Assembly (NCBI GenBank): GCA_041666045.1
Contig: JBAYHR010000001.1
Location: 187,391 to 251,390 of the forward strand
From: Minisyncoccota bacterium
GTDB lineage: Bacteria; Patescibacteriota; Minisyncoccia; Phycocordibacterales; UBA9973
Reading direction: 5' to 3'
Length of the DNA: 64,000 bases
The notes beneath the pieces were generated by a model. It did not search any database, had not been told where the DNA came from, and worked only from the letters and a program-made list of their open reading frames with translations. The translations under genes and the position numbers were made by a program. Shown in pieces: positions 18,126-29,059 of the stretch (the stretch's first letter is position 1; every line of letters begins with the position of its first letter).

Positions 18126-18890
18126 ATGACAGAAGAAATAAATATTCTTTTAAAGTTTAACAAGGAACTACATGATCTTGTAGATACTAAACTACAGCTT
18201 GATATTACTGATGGTGATAACAAGGCTTTTTTCACTGCGTTCGCAATGGGTAAAGCATTCAAGACAGATGAAGCCATTGGTCTTCTCTGCAGAAGCGGAT
18301 ATGGTGAGGATGCTTTTATGCTCGCTCGCACATTATTTGAATTAATGGTCACTACTGCTTATATTCTTCAAGATACTACTGAAGATCGTTTAACTCGGTA
18401 TGCAAATCACGACTGGGTTACCAGAAAACAAATGTATGACTATGTAGTTTCAAATGAATCCTTACTTGCTGGATTAAACAAAGAAATTAAATCTGGCAAC
18501 AGACCAGACACAGTTGCAGAAGTAGAAGCTGAATATAAAAAAGTGATGGATAAATACAAATACCAAAACGGTACTTGGTCTGACAAGAGTATCAAGGACA
18601 TGTCCGAATCAATCGAAAGACTCGATGCTTACAACACGGTTTACCGATTACAGTGTACTTTGGGTCATACAAACGCCAGAAGCATTAATGAATATGTGAA
18701 TGTTACCGAAGAAGGAACTATTTTAAATATCGGACCAAACTGGGATCTTGTAAAAAATACCTTAGTGATAACGTTTGACTGTTTCTTTCATATCACTCAA
18801 GAAGCAAATAGTAAGTTTGGATGGGGGCTAGAAGATACCTTAGAAGAAATATCGAAAAAATGGGCAGAAGAAGTTGGTAATTTAAAGTAA
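18126..18890 (+). CDS. DUF5677-like (HEPN-like) protein
   Basis: DAFMLARTLFE, W..KSIKDMS, YNTVYRLQCTLGH pattern. Confidence 0.6.
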   Translation: MTEEINILLKFNKELHDLVDTKLQLDITDGDNKAFFTAFAMGKAFKTDEAIGLLCRSGYGEDAFMLARTLFELMVTTAYILQDTTEDRLTRYANHDWVTRKQMYDYVVSNESLLAGLNKEIKSGNRPDTVAEVEAEYKKVMDKYKYQNGTWSDKSIKDMSESIERLDAYNTVYRLQCTLGHTNARSINEYVNVTEEGTILNIGPNWDLVKNTLVITFDCFFHITQEANSKFGWGLEDTLEEISKKWAEEVGNLK

Positions 18891-18894
18891 AACA

Positions 18895-19863
18895 ATGACA
18901 AACAGTAAAAAACATCATCACTATATACCACAATTTTACATTAATGGATTTACTAATCACAAAGGTGAAGTTTTTGTTCTTGAACATTCAACAGGTAAGA
19001 TAAATAAGCAAAGTAAATACGGAACATTCCATAAATATAAATTTTATACAGTAGACTTTTCTAAACACAAAGAACGAGATCCCGAATCGGCTCAAAAAAT
19101 TAAAAAGGCTTTAGGTATAGAAAATGTAGACACAAGTAATGTAAAAAAATACCCCGATATGATAGAAGATTTGTTAGGTGATTCAGAGACTGTTTCTGCT
19201 CCTATAATTAAGAAGTTAATTGAGGGTAAACAAATCTCTTCGACAGAAAAAATTGAACTCTCGACTTTTATAGCACTAATGTACACAAAAACTCCATCCT
19301 TCCACAATTTTGCCTCTGAAATGGAAAAGCAAATGATGAACAAAAGTATAAAGAAACTATTTTTAGAAAAAGAAAAAGTAAAAGATCTTTATAATAAAAT
19401 GCTGGCAGAAGGCTATGAGGATAAAATTGATGTACAAGAACTTTTTAAACTTGTTGAAGAAGATAGATATAAAATTGAAATACCAAAAGAATTGACTATA
19501 CAAACGATGCTAATTGGAACAAGTGTTATAGATAGGATTTTGTATAACAAAACATGGTTGATAATGGAAGCACCTTCTACAACTAGTTTTATAACAAATG
19601 ATCAGCCGGTATTTATGAATCATCCCCTTGTGAATAAATATGGCCCATTTAGTGTTGGAGTTGGCACGTCAAAAGTAGAAATCATTTTTCCACTTTCTAA
19701 AGAGCTTTTATTGATTATGAAGGATACTCCAAAAGGAAATATGATTATGCATAAAAAAATTGATCGGACGAAAGTACGTGATTTAAATAAATTAATTTTT
19801 GCTCGCTCTGGCGATTATGTTATTGCTCGTGATTTTGCCTTAATAAAGAAATTAATGAAATAA
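18895..19863 (+). CDS. DUF4238-like protein
   Basis: KKHHHYIPQFYINGF N-terminus; FITNDQPV; IIFPLS. Confidence 0.75.
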   Translation: MTNSKKHHHYIPQFYINGFTNHKGEVFVLEHSTGKINKQSKYGTFHKYKFYTVDFSKHKERDPESAQKIKKALGIENVDTSNVKKYPDMIEDLLGDSETVSAPIIKKLIEGKQISSTEKIELSTFIALMYTKTPSFHNFASEMEKQMMNKSIKKLFLEKEKVKDLYNKMLAEGYEDKIDVQELFKLVEEDRYKIEIPKELTIQTMLIGTSVIDRILYNKTWLIMEAPSTTSFITNDQPVFMNHPLVNKYGPFSVGVGTSKVEIIFPLSKELLLIMKDTPKGNMIMHKKIDRTKVRDLNKLIFARSGDYVIARDFALIKKLMK

Positions 19864-19865
19864 GT

Positions 19866-20939
19866 ATGAATACATTATTTTTAAAATTTAATATGTATAG
19901 AAACTATTCAGGTAAAAAATTCATGAATTATGTTTTTAGAAACCGTCTTGGTAAAACCATATGGACGACAAGATTGATTATTTTCATAATGAATATTCTA
20001 GACAGAAATCAGGTCTACGTAAATACTGGTGATGTAGATAATTTTGATCATTACGTACCACAATTATTACTTAACAGATGGAGAATCTCAGAAACAGGAG
20101 AAAACAAAAATAAAATATTCTTCTGGTCTAAAATAAATAAAACTATTAAACCTAAAAGTATTAAGAAGGTTGCAGGAGAAATAAATTGGGATACAAGTTC
20201 AGCTGATGGTAAACCAAGCGACTATATAAGTAAAAAACTATATGCGGAAGTTTTAGAACAAAAAGCTAGTTATATAATAAAATATGTAAATACTAATAAA
20301 ACCCCTGAATTAACTTTTTTAGAAGAATCTACTCTTTCAGTTTTTGTGGCTCATCAAATTATAAGAGTTCCTAATTTTAGAAAAACACTTAATAGATTTT
20401 TATCCTTGGGTTATTCTAAAGGGCTTATTTCAAAAGAAGAACTAGGAAGTAAAAAGGTATTAATAGAAAAAGTAGCAAAAAATACTATTAATATTACCTA
20501 CGATCAGTTAGATAAAGAAAAACCACTGTTTGTTTTAAAAGGAGCGAAACAACAAGAATCTCTTATATCGTTAGTTGTTGCAGATGATATAGCTGAAAAA
20601 ATTTACAGAACAAGGCATTTAAAATTTTTAGAAATATCTGAGGAATATGAAAATGAATTTGTTATTTCTGATAATCCGGTAGTTTTTCTAGATATGGGAA
20701 GAAAAACTATCTTAAATCATATACCATGGTGGGAGGTAGGAATAGAAAAATTTATAATCTTTATGCCAATTTCTCCTAAAAAAGCACTTCTATATTCACC
20801 AATAAAAGATGAACAGGATCTACCAATAAAAGAATTTATTGATTTATTAAATTTTGGACAATATACAAACTGTTCAGAAGGAGTATTTAGTAAAAAAGAA
20901 ACAATAATTCAAAAACATTTGAAATATTATGATTTGTAA
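19866..20939 (+). CDS. DUF4238-like protein (second copy)
   Basis: DHYVPQLLLNRW; QIIRVP; FVISDNPV; IFMPISP. Confidence 0.7.
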   Translation: MNTLFLKFNMYRNYSGKKFMNYVFRNRLGKTIWTTRLIIFIMNILDRNQVYVNTGDVDNFDHYVPQLLLNRWRISETGENKNKIFFWSKINKTIKPKSIKKVAGEINWDTSSADGKPSDYISKKLYAEVLEQKASYIIKYVNTNKTPELTFLEESTLSVFVAHQIIRVPNFRKTLNRFLSLGYSKGLISKEELGSKKVLIEKVAKNTINITYDQLDKEKPLFVLKGAKQQESLISLVVADDIAEKIYRTRHLKFLEISEEYENEFVISDNPVVFLDMGRKTILNHIPWWEVGIEKFIIFMPISPKKALLYSPIKDEQDLPIKEFIDLLNFGQYTNCSEGVFSKKETIIQKHLKYYDL

Positions 20940-20985
20940 TATAGATTTATTTTGGTACAAAGAAAATTTTTAAAACTCTAAAAAG

Positions 20986-22800
20986 TTATTTACTTAACAA
21001 TTCAGTATTCCAAGAAGAAATTACTCCTTGTATATTTGCAACCCAGTCATCTGAATTATTATTATCATTTGTACTATTAGCAATTTTTTCAACCAATTCT
21101 TTTAAATAACTATGAGCAAAGTATTTTCCACCTTCTCTCATTACTCGTAGTGTTTTTAATAAACCAACAAATTGTGAAATTGTAATTGGGGCAATTTTTT
21201 GTCGACTACCTTTATAACCAATAGTATTTGCAATGTAAAAAGTTTCAGCACTATCAATATGGATTGATGGAGCAATGAATATACAATACGAATCATCATT
21301 ATTTTTTTCAAAATCTCGTAAATGTCGCATAACTGGCTGGCCTTCATTAAACCATTGATCACGTCCATTCAACATTGTAACTTCACAAATCATATTAAAA
21401 TTACTGTAATAACATTCAATATCAGCCATTCCCCCAGGAGCAGTTGAAGTTGGTTCATTATCATCACCAACTGGATAATTAGGCTTAATTTCCTTTGCAT
21501 CATTTAATGCATGAAGTCCCATAGTTGAAAGATACTCTAATAACAAAGGACGATTTTCTGCATTATATATATTTTCTAATTGATCAATATATTGAGTAAT
21601 TGAATCAATTGGTTGTGATTTTCTGTGGTTATCTTTCTCCTGTAAATCTTTACGTATAATTCTTAATTCTTCAATATATGAATTCAATTTAGTTTCAGAC
21701 ATCACAGAAATATCTTTAATTTTTTGGACAACTAGACCAAGTGTACCTTGTAATATTTTTATTTCATCATAAACTTCTATTGCTATTTTACTTAACTTTT
21801 CTTTTGTTAACCAAGGTAAAATCGGTAAACTATCATTGGACATATAATTAAGATAAGCATCTCTATCAGTAAACTCCTTAGCTTTATAAAACTCATTCTC
21901 AAACAATGCTTCAATCTCTGTGTGACGATTTGGCTCTAAGTCAACATAAAATCCATTACCACGAATACGAATAAACTTTGTTAAACGAAAATATCTAATA
22001 GCATTATCGCCATAATCTTTCAAATTCGTTAGTAATTTATTGATTTTAGTTTTTTCTCTTGTATTTAAAAAATTAATAGCAAAATTTAAACGAAAATTAT
22101 CACGAATTTTTTTACGTTCTTGTTTATTTTTATTTTTTTGCAAATCTCGTAATTCAATAATTTTATTTGCATAATTTTCAATATCAGTATATTTAACTAA
22201 TGAAGGAACAAAAAATGAAAATTCTCTTTTACTTAATCCGACTGGATTATTACCACGACTTGTTTCAAGTTCATTAACTTTACTTATTAATTTAAGCATT
22301 GCTACAAAAGGTACGACATTATAATCACCATTATTACTAAAATCATCATTGGCAGGATTTGGTATCTGCCATTTTATAAATGATTTTAGAAAAACATCAC
22401 CGGCATCTTTTTCACTCGCAATGAGTTTTTTGCCAAGATCGGTAATTTTGACTATCCCATTATCAATAAAAGCAAATCCAAACTTTGTAAGTGGATTAAT
22501 TGACTGACGACCTCTCATTGAAAAATCTTTATAATTTTTAATTTCAATAATACGATCGACGATTTGATCACTAATTTCATTATCAACATTATTAATTAGG
22601 TCAATAATTTCTCTTGGTAAGCGATTGTAAAACTGTTGGTTTCCAAAACCATACAATCTATCTTTAATTAAAATTTTTTGATATTTTTCTTGATTATCAT
22701 TATTCCATTCCTGATTTTCAAGTAACTGTAAAGAAATCAAAAAACTTCTTAATCTTTCAGGGTTTCTAACAGTTGTTGTAATTGACCATGCCTTTAACAT
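20986..22800 (-). CDS. AlwI-family type IIS restriction endonuclease
   Basis: WSITTTVRNPERL N-terminus; DYGDNAIRYFRLT; APGGMADIEC...EVT...Q..NEGQPVMRH catalytic region. Confidence 0.85.
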   Translation of the reverse strand: MLKAWSITTTVRNPERLRSFLISLQLLENQEWNNDNQEKYQKILIKDRLYGFGNQQFYNRLPREIIDLINNVDNEISDQIVDRIIEIKNYKDFSMRGRQSINPLTKFGFAFIDNGIVKITDLGKKLIASEKDAGDVFLKSFIKWQIPNPANDDFSNNGDYNVVPFVAMLKLISKVNELETSRGNNPVGLSKREFSFFVPSLVKYTDIENYANKIIELRDLQKNKNKQERKKIRDNFRLNFAINFLNTREKTKINKLLTNLKDYGDNAIRYFRLTKFIRIRGNGFYVDLEPNRHTEIEALFENEFYKAKEFTDRDAYLNYMSNDSLPILPWLTKEKLSKIAIEVYDEIKILQGTLGLVVQKIKDISVMSETKLNSYIEELRIIRKDLQEKDNHRKSQPIDSITQYIDQLENIYNAENRPLLLEYLSTMGLHALNDAKEIKPNYPVGDDNEPTSTAPGGMADIECYYSNFNMICEVTMLNGRDQWFNEGQPVMRHLRDFEKNNDDSYCIFIAPSIHIDSAETFYIANTIGYKGSRQKIAPITISQFVGLLKTLRVMREGGKYFAHSYLKELVEKIANSTNDNNNSDDWVANIQGVISSWNTELLSK

Positions 22801-22820
22801 GGTCTAATTATACCATAAAA

Positions 22821-24827
22821 TCAATAATTCGTAATCAGAACTTCTATTGTTATATTGTTTTTTGCAGTAGAATGATAATTTGAATTTTTATAATTATAAT
22901 TTAATTTATTAATTTTGAAATTATTTTTTTTAACCCAATTTTTCATTATTTCATTGGTTTTACCCTTATGCTCCAAAACATTTGATAGAGCAAAGCGAAC
23001 TCCCTTTTTATTTAAGCGTGTAAGCAAAGAATATAAATCTTTTTCATCTTGTTCAGTCCAACCACCCAATTCATTATAACTTGCTAGCCCCAATAAATAA
23101 GGTGGGTCTAAATAAACAAAATCATCTTTTTGTAAATTTTCTTTTTCTATTTCTCTAAAGTCTTGAGTTTTGAAAACTATCTTTTTTTCATTAGAAATTT
23201 GATTAAAGCTTGCAACATTTTTTCTTAAACTACCATTATAATCTCGCTTGCCGACCGGTAAATTAAAGCCTCCATTACTATTAAAACGAATTTGATTATT
23301 GAATGAGTAAAGAATCAACACTAACAATAGATCTATTCTCGTTTTGTTTTTATTAAATTCATTACGTAATTTCAAAAAAGAATTCTTATTATATTGCCCA
23401 AGCCCCACAGAACTATCGGCATTATAGTGAGAATACCCTTTGATATAACTTTGACTTAATTCAAATTTATCAATTATATTGATAATTCCTTGATTTAAAT
23501 CTTCAAAATTATTATTCTGAATTAGTTTTAATAAATTAACAACGTATCTATTTTTTTCTAAACAAACAATATTTTTAGCTGTAGCATTAATACCAACATT
23601 TGCACCACCAGAAAATACGTCATAAAATACATTTATTTCGTTTGGAAATAATTTTACGATTTGTGGTAATAATTTATGTTTTCCACCAGTATAATTAAGA
23701 GGAGATTTTACAAAGCCGTTTTGAACAGGATTGTTTTTTGAAGCAATAACTAATTTTTGAGTTCTTTTTGCAACATTAACTTTACAAAGAAAAATCCTCT
23801 CTTTTAAATTGTCCTTGCTAGATTTTCCAGTTGTAAATTGTTTAAAATCAGTTTCAAAAATACGAACATCTCCTTTTCTTTTTAACGCCGATAAAATTTC
23901 ATGGTCACTAATTCGCGATTGAGATCGTGCATTTCCTGATGTTCCCATATCATTATATGAAACTAAAATATATTTTGCATTAATATTATCTATCAAATCA
24001 CAAAAAGCAACACCGGCTGATTTCATATTGTATTTGCTTTTAATATGAGAACGATCAATTTTTTTTGCAACTCCAAAAACCTTTTCTTTTTTCCATGTAG
24101 CTACATTTTCAAGTAAATGATATGCGTCAGAGTATTGACGAGAGTTGTATGGTGGATCAATATAAACAATATCAGCTTTTATCTTTTTTACCAATTCGTT
24201 GGCGTCACTTTTATAAATTTCTGCGGAATATTTAGAATTTTTTATATCAAGTGGAAGTAAAAATAGTTTTTTATCGGGGATATCAATTTTTCTATAAGCA
24301 TCATAGTGTCCAACAGTATTAGCGATTTTATCAAAAGCATAGATTAAAGAAGTTAATAAATATGATTTTTCTCGTTTTGTAATTATTTTTTTTTCAAACA
24401 ATTTTTCAATATCATCCCTAATTACTCCTATTTTTTTTGAATTAGTTGTATTAAAATAGGTATTAGAAAAATTATTTGAAAAATAATTATTGCTATATTT
24501 TTTTAAATCAAGTTTATTGTAAAAATTTAATCGTTCTTTAAGTTTATCTTCTCTTATTATATCTCTACCGAAAAATGCATTATAGATATAATTATTTGAA
24601 TCGAGAATATCATTAACGATTATTTTTGAACGACTATGGAAATGATTTGCAACCGTACCAGTACCAGCAAAGATATCAGCAAATGATTCAAATTGTATGT
24701 TTTCAGTTTCTAAAATATTATCAATAAAACTAAGTAACTTAGTTTTTGAGCCAAGATAACGTCTTTGATTAATAGAAATTATTTTATTTCCAAAGTATGC
24801 ATCGTTCATATATAAATAGTATATCAC
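22821..24827 (-). CDS. Two-domain N6-adenine DNA methyltransferase (FokI/Dam-like fusion)
   Basis: RYLGSK..DIFAGTG..YIDPPY and YTGGK..DVFSGG..YLDPPY; upstream of REase. Confidence 0.9.
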   Translation of the reverse strand: MIYYLYMNDAYFGNKIISINQRRYLGSKTKLLSFIDNILETENIQFESFADIFAGTGTVANHFHSRSKIIVNDILDSNNYIYNAFFGRDIIREDKLKERLNFYNKLDLKKYSNNYFSNNFSNTYFNTTNSKKIGVIRDDIEKLFEKKIITKREKSYLLTSLIYAFDKIANTVGHYDAYRKIDIPDKKLFLLPLDIKNSKYSAEIYKSDANELVKKIKADIVYIDPPYNSRQYSDAYHLLENVATWKKEKVFGVAKKIDRSHIKSKYNMKSAGVAFCDLIDNINAKYILVSYNDMGTSGNARSQSRISDHEILSALKRKGDVRIFETDFKQFTTGKSSKDNLKERIFLCKVNVAKRTQKLVIASKNNPVQNGFVKSPLNYTGGKHKLLPQIVKLFPNEINVFYDVFSGGANVGINATAKNIVCLEKNRYVVNLLKLIQNNNFEDLNQGIINIIDKFELSQSYIKGYSHYNADSSVGLGQYNKNSFLKLRNEFNKNKTRIDLLLVLILYSFNNQIRFNSNGGFNLPVGKRDYNGSLRKNVASFNQISNEKKIVFKTQDFREIEKENLQKDDFVYLDPPYLLGLASYNELGGWTEQDEKDLYSLLTRLNKKGVRFALSNVLEHKGKTNEIMKNWVKKNNFKINKLNYNYKNSNYHSTAKNNITIEVLITNY

Positions 24828-25033
24828 ATTATATTAAAAGCAATAAATAAATACTGTTTTAATTTAAAAAAAGTATCAAATGATTTATAAAAATAACATT
24901 ATAAATTGTTTAAGAAATTAAATTTTTATAATCAAATTCTTTTAAAACAATAATTAAAATAAAATATATACAGGTATTTTTTATATATTTTTAATAAAAA
25001 AACGCCGATCAAAAATCAGCGTTTTTTGTAAAT

Positions 25034-25519
25034 TTATTTTTCTAAATCTTTTATTTCTTTATCCAGCTCTTTATTGTATTTTTTACTATCTTTAAAGAAA
25101 ATAAAAAGAGCATACATAAGACAAATTATGCCTAAACTAGAAAAAATATAAAAAATAAAATCATTGTCTATATAAAAACCATAGACAATAAATCCTAATA
25201 GGATTAATGCAACACCTAACCAAATAAAGAATAAAATTCTTTTCTCTTCTTTTATAAAAGAAAAATACTCTAAATACATTAATTTAATTTTTTTAATATA
25301 TTTATTTTCATAAATCTCTAACATCAGACAAAGAAAATAAAATAAAAAAAACATTCCTATTGTGCCCATAAATACCATAATAACAGTATTTATAATACTT
25401 TTTTCAAAGCAATTTGCCACTATGGCAATTACTAAAAAAAATATACCAAGAAAAAAACTTACTGCAATCTTCTGCTCTTTTCTTTTTAATTCAGATTCAA
25501 CTTTTACAATGTCTATCAT
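25034..25519 (-). CDS. Hypothetical membrane protein (4 TM, apparent internal duplication)
   Basis: Two similar pairs of hydrophobic helices. Confidence 0.6.
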   Translation of the reverse strand: MIDIVKVESELKRKEQKIAVSFFLGIFFLVIAIVANCFEKSIINTVIMVFMGTIGMFFLFYFLCLMLEIYENKYIKKIKLMYLEYFSFIKEEKRILFFIWLGVALILLGFIVYGFYIDNDFIFYIFSSLGIICLMYALFIFFKDSKKYNKELDKEIKDLEK

Positions 25520-25530
25520 AATAATTAGAT

Positions 25531-25728
25531 TTAAGGGGTTTTTATTTTTGATCTTTTCTCTTCAATTATAGTTTTTTTTGTTTTTTCATTTATAATAAAA
25601 TTATATTTTTTTTTGATATTCTCAGGTATATACATTTTATTAAATGCTGCTTTTCTTGCTTCAAATAAAACATCTTCAATTGAATTTAATGGTTCAACTT
25701 CTATTGGTTTAATTTTTTTATTTTTCAT
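25531..25728 (-). CDS. Hypothetical protein
   Basis: 65-aa basic ORF co-oriented with 25034-25519. Confidence 0.45.
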   Translation of the reverse strand: MKNKKIKPIEVEPLNSIEDVLFEARKAAFNKMYIPENIKKKYNFIINEKTKKTIIEEKRSKIKTP

Positions 25729-25854
25729 ATATATTTAATTTTTAAAAGTTTTTACACCGGACAAATTTAATAAAAGCATACCATATAAGTATTAAAAAGT
25801 AAATAGATAATTTACCCTTGAAAATATAGATTTTATTCGCTATAATCTTCAAAC

Positions 25855-26607
25855 ATGCAAAAAGATAGAAAAATTAAAATTGTCATTTTAGCAGCTGGAA
25901 AAGGAAAAAGAATGCAAAGTGATTTGCCAAAAGTTTTGGCACCTCTTAAAGGTAAACACATGATCAAGCACGTAATAGAATCTATCAAAGAAATTCATGA
26001 CGAAAAACCTTATGCAATAATCGGACACATGGCAGAATTAGTTCAAAAAGAACTTGGAGATTTATGTTTTTATGTATTACAAAAAGACCAACTTGGCACA
26101 GGTCATGCCGTTTCTTGCGCTAAAGGAGACTGCCAAGGAGCAGAAGACATCGTAGTTTTATCTGGTGATCAACCTTTCATAAAAGCTGAAACTATAAAAA
26201 ATTTAATTGAAAAACATTTAAATTCTGGAGCTAAAATAACTTTCACTACAACAATACTCCCAGACTTCTCTGATTGGAGAAAAGCATTTATTGCATTCGG
26301 AAGAATTTTAAGAAAAAATGGAGAAGTTGTAGGTATCCGTGAATATAAAGACGCTAGTGAAGAAGAAAGAAAAATAAAAGAAGTAAATGCTGGATGTTAT
26401 ATTTTTAATGCAGAGTGGCTTTGGAAAAATCTAGAAAAAATAAAAAATGAAAATATTCAAAAAGAATATTATTTAACAGATCTATTCCACATAGCTTCGG
26501 AAAATAATGAAAAAATAGAAACAATAACGATAGAACCTCACGAAGCCTTAGGAGCAAATACAAAAGAAGAATTAGAAATATTAGAAAACTTTCCTGTAAA
26601 AAAGTAA
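25855..26607 (+). CDS. GlmU-like NTP transferase (uridyltransferase domain only)
   Basis: ILAAGKGKRMQSDLPKVL, QLGTGHAV, EYYLTD; no hexapeptide acetyltransferase domain. Confidence 0.88.
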   Translation: MQKDRKIKIVILAAGKGKRMQSDLPKVLAPLKGKHMIKHVIESIKEIHDEKPYAIIGHMAELVQKELGDLCFYVLQKDQLGTGHAVSCAKGDCQGAEDIVVLSGDQPFIKAETIKNLIEKHLNSGAKITFTTTILPDFSDWRKAFIAFGRILRKNGEVVGIREYKDASEEERKIKEVNAGCYIFNAEWLWKNLEKIKNENIQKEYYLTDLFHIASENNEKIETITIEPHEALGANTKEELEILENFPVKK

Positions 26608-26691
26608 ATTTTGCTAAAATTTTATCTTCGGAATATAATAAAAGTCTTAATAGTTTAATTTCCCGCCCTGCGCGAGAAGAATTTTAAAAAT

Positions 26692-27909
26692 ATGCAAAAC
26701 CCATTTCAAAATGCGATGTCTCAGCTAGACAAAGTCGCAAAAATTAAAAATTTCAGTGAAGAATTTATTGCTCGCTTACGCCAACCAGATCGTGATATAA
26801 GAATCTCAATCCCAGTAAAGATGGACAATGGCACAACAAAAATATTTGAAGGATATAGAGTTGAATACAATAATGCACTCGGACCTTATAAAGGCGGAAT
26901 CAGATACCACCAAGAGACAGAAATAAATGAAGTTAAAGCTCTCGCATTTTGGATGGCTCTTAAATGTGCTGTCGCTGGCATACCAATGGGTGGAGGAAAA
27001 GGCGGAATCACAGTTAACCCAAAAGAGTTGTCTAAAGGAGAACTTGAAAGACTTTCACGTGGATGGGTTCAAAAACTTTCAGATATTTTAGGACCAAAGA
27101 AAGATGTTCCAGCACCAGATGTAAATACAACTCCAGAAATAATGGCTTGGATGAATGATGAATATCAAAAAATTACTGGGGACACAACTGGAGCAATGAT
27201 CACAGGCAAGCCTCTTGATAAAGGCGGTTCAGAAGGCCGAGGCACAGCTACAGCTCAAGGAGGATTCTTTGTTTTTGAAGCCCTTAAAAAAGAGTTAAAC
27301 TTACCTGAAAAATGTAATGTTGCAATTCAAGGTTTCGGAAATGCAGGAAGTTATGCTGCACTTATTTGGAGTAAAGCGGGACACAATATCGTAGCAATCT
27401 CAGATTCAAAAGGCGGAATTTATAATGCCAATGGTCTTGATGTAGAAAAATTAATGGAATACAAGAAAAGTACTGGTTCCCTTTCAGGATTTCCAGAATC
27501 TAAAGAGATAACAAATGAAGAGCTTTTAGAGACTGAATGTGACCTTCTAATCCCTGCTGCATTTGAAAATCAGATAACTAGTGCAAATGCTGATAAAGTC
27601 AAAGCTAAAGCGATTTTAGAGCTTGCTAATGGCCCTATAGCACCTGAAGCAGATGAAATATTATTCTCAAAAAATATTCCAATAGTGCCAGATATTTTGG
27701 CAAATTCTGGAGGTGTGACAGTGTCATATTTCGAATGGGATCAAAATCTTAAAAATGAACATTGGAGTGAAAAAGAAGTATTCGATAAACTACAACCAAT
27801 GCTCGATGATTCTGCTAAAAAAATCTTAGCAAAAGCAAAAGAATCAAATACAGACCTCCGCCGTGGCGCATTCATCCTAGCACTCGAAAGAATTCAAGAA
27901 AAAATGTAA
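26692..27909 (+). CDS. gdhA: Glutamate dehydrogenase (Glu/Leu/Phe/Val DH family)
   Basis: GPYKGGIRY, GGGKGG, DVPAPD, QGFGNAG, PDILANSGGVTVSYFEW. Confidence 0.95.
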   Translation: MQNPFQNAMSQLDKVAKIKNFSEEFIARLRQPDRDIRISIPVKMDNGTTKIFEGYRVEYNNALGPYKGGIRYHQETEINEVKALAFWMALKCAVAGIPMGGGKGGITVNPKELSKGELERLSRGWVQKLSDILGPKKDVPAPDVNTTPEIMAWMNDEYQKITGDTTGAMITGKPLDKGGSEGRGTATAQGGFFVFEALKKELNLPEKCNVAIQGFGNAGSYAALIWSKAGHNIVAISDSKGGIYNANGLDVEKLMEYKKSTGSLSGFPESKEITNEELLETECDLLIPAAFENQITSANADKVKAKAILELANGPIAPEADEILFSKNIPIVPDILANSGGVTVSYFEWDQNLKNEHWSEKEVFDKLQPMLDDSAKKILAKAKESNTDLRRGAFILALERIQEKM

Positions 27910-27922
27910 TCAAAAATGTTTT

Positions 27923-29023
27923 ATGAAGATACTTTCGATAGAAACATCCTGTGACGAAACTGGAATAAGTGTTTTAGAAATAAAGGGTGGGAAAAAGCCA
28001 GTTTTTGAAATTCTCGCTAATAGTTTAAATTCACAAATAAAAATCCATGCACCATTTGGTGGTGTATTCCCAATGCTCGCTAAACGAGAACACATTAAAA
28101 ATTTACCTATATTACTTGAGAGAACTTTAAAAAAGGCTAAGTTAAATAAACCTGATCCCATTAGAAGTAAAGACCCACTGCGAGCCCTCGCGACCTCTAA
28201 CGGGATAAATTTAATAGCTGTAACTTCTGGCCCGGGATTAGAACCAGCTCTTTGGACAGGTATAGTTTTCGCAAAAGAACTTTCTAAAAAATGGAACGTT
28301 CCAGTAATTCCAATAAATCATATGGAAGGACACATACTTTCTGTGTTTGGAAAAAATAAAGGTAAATTCCAAATTCCTAAAATAAACTTCCCTATTCTTT
28401 CCCTTCTTGTTTCTGGAGGACATACAGAACTTGTATTATCCAAAGACTGGATGAAATATAAAATAATCGGAGAGACATTGGACGACGCAGCTGGAGAAGC
28501 TTTTGACAAAGTTGCAAGAATGCTCGAACTTCCATATCCAGGTGGACCAGAGATATCTCGCTTGGCAGAGCAAGAGAGAAAAACAAAAAAAATACCAAAT
28601 TTTTCTCTTCCCCGCCCAATGATATATACTAAAAATTTTGATTTTTCTTTTTCAGGATTAAAAACTGCTGTACTTTATTTGATTAGAAAAATTGGAAAAC
28701 TAGACGATAAAATAAAAAAAGAAATTGCATGTGAATTTGAAAATGCAGTTGTTGAAACCTTAGTTCATAAAACAAAGAAAGCTATTGAAAAATATAATAT
28801 CAAAACTGTAATAGTGGCAGGTGGAGTATCTTCAAATAAACATTTACGAAAAGAAATAAAAAAAATGATTGGAAGTAATCAAACTTTAATTTTTCCAGAA
28901 AAAAATCTTTCTACTGATAATTCAATTATGATAGGAATAGTTGGATACTTTAAATTTTTAGCAAAAAATGGAAAAATTCCTAAATCACCTAAAATAAAAG
29001 CAGATGGAAATCTACGATTCTAA
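27923..29023 (+). CDS. tsaD: t6A37 synthesis protein TsaD
   Basis: IETSCDET, TSGPGL, NHMEGH, VSGGHT, DDAAGEAFDKVAR, FSFSGLKT. Confidence 0.97.
   Translation: MKILSIETSCDETGISVLEIKGGKKPVFEILANSLNSQIKIHAPFGGVFPMLAKREHIKNLPILLERTLKKAKLNKPDPIRSKDPLRALATSNGINLIAVTSGPGLEPALWTGIVFAKELSKKWNVPVIPINHMEGHILSVFGKNKGKFQIPKINFPILSLLVSGGHTELVLSKDWMKYKIIGETLDDAAGEAFDKVARMLELPYPGGPEISRLAEQERKTKKIPNFSLPRPMIYTKNFDFSFSGLKTAVLYLIRKIGKLDDKIKKEIACEFENAVVETLVHKTKKAIEKYNIKTVIVAGGVSSNKHLRKEIKKMIGSNQTLIFPEKNLSTDNSIMIGIVGYFKFLAKNGKIPKSPKIKADGNLRF
28151..28209. repeat. Palindromic element family A, copy 3, in frame in tsaD
   Basis: ATCCCATTAGA...TCTAACGGGAT; encodes PIRSKDPLRALATSNGI. Confidence 0.85.
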
Positions 29024-29059
29024 GTAGAAAATACTTATATTATATGATATTATTTAAGT

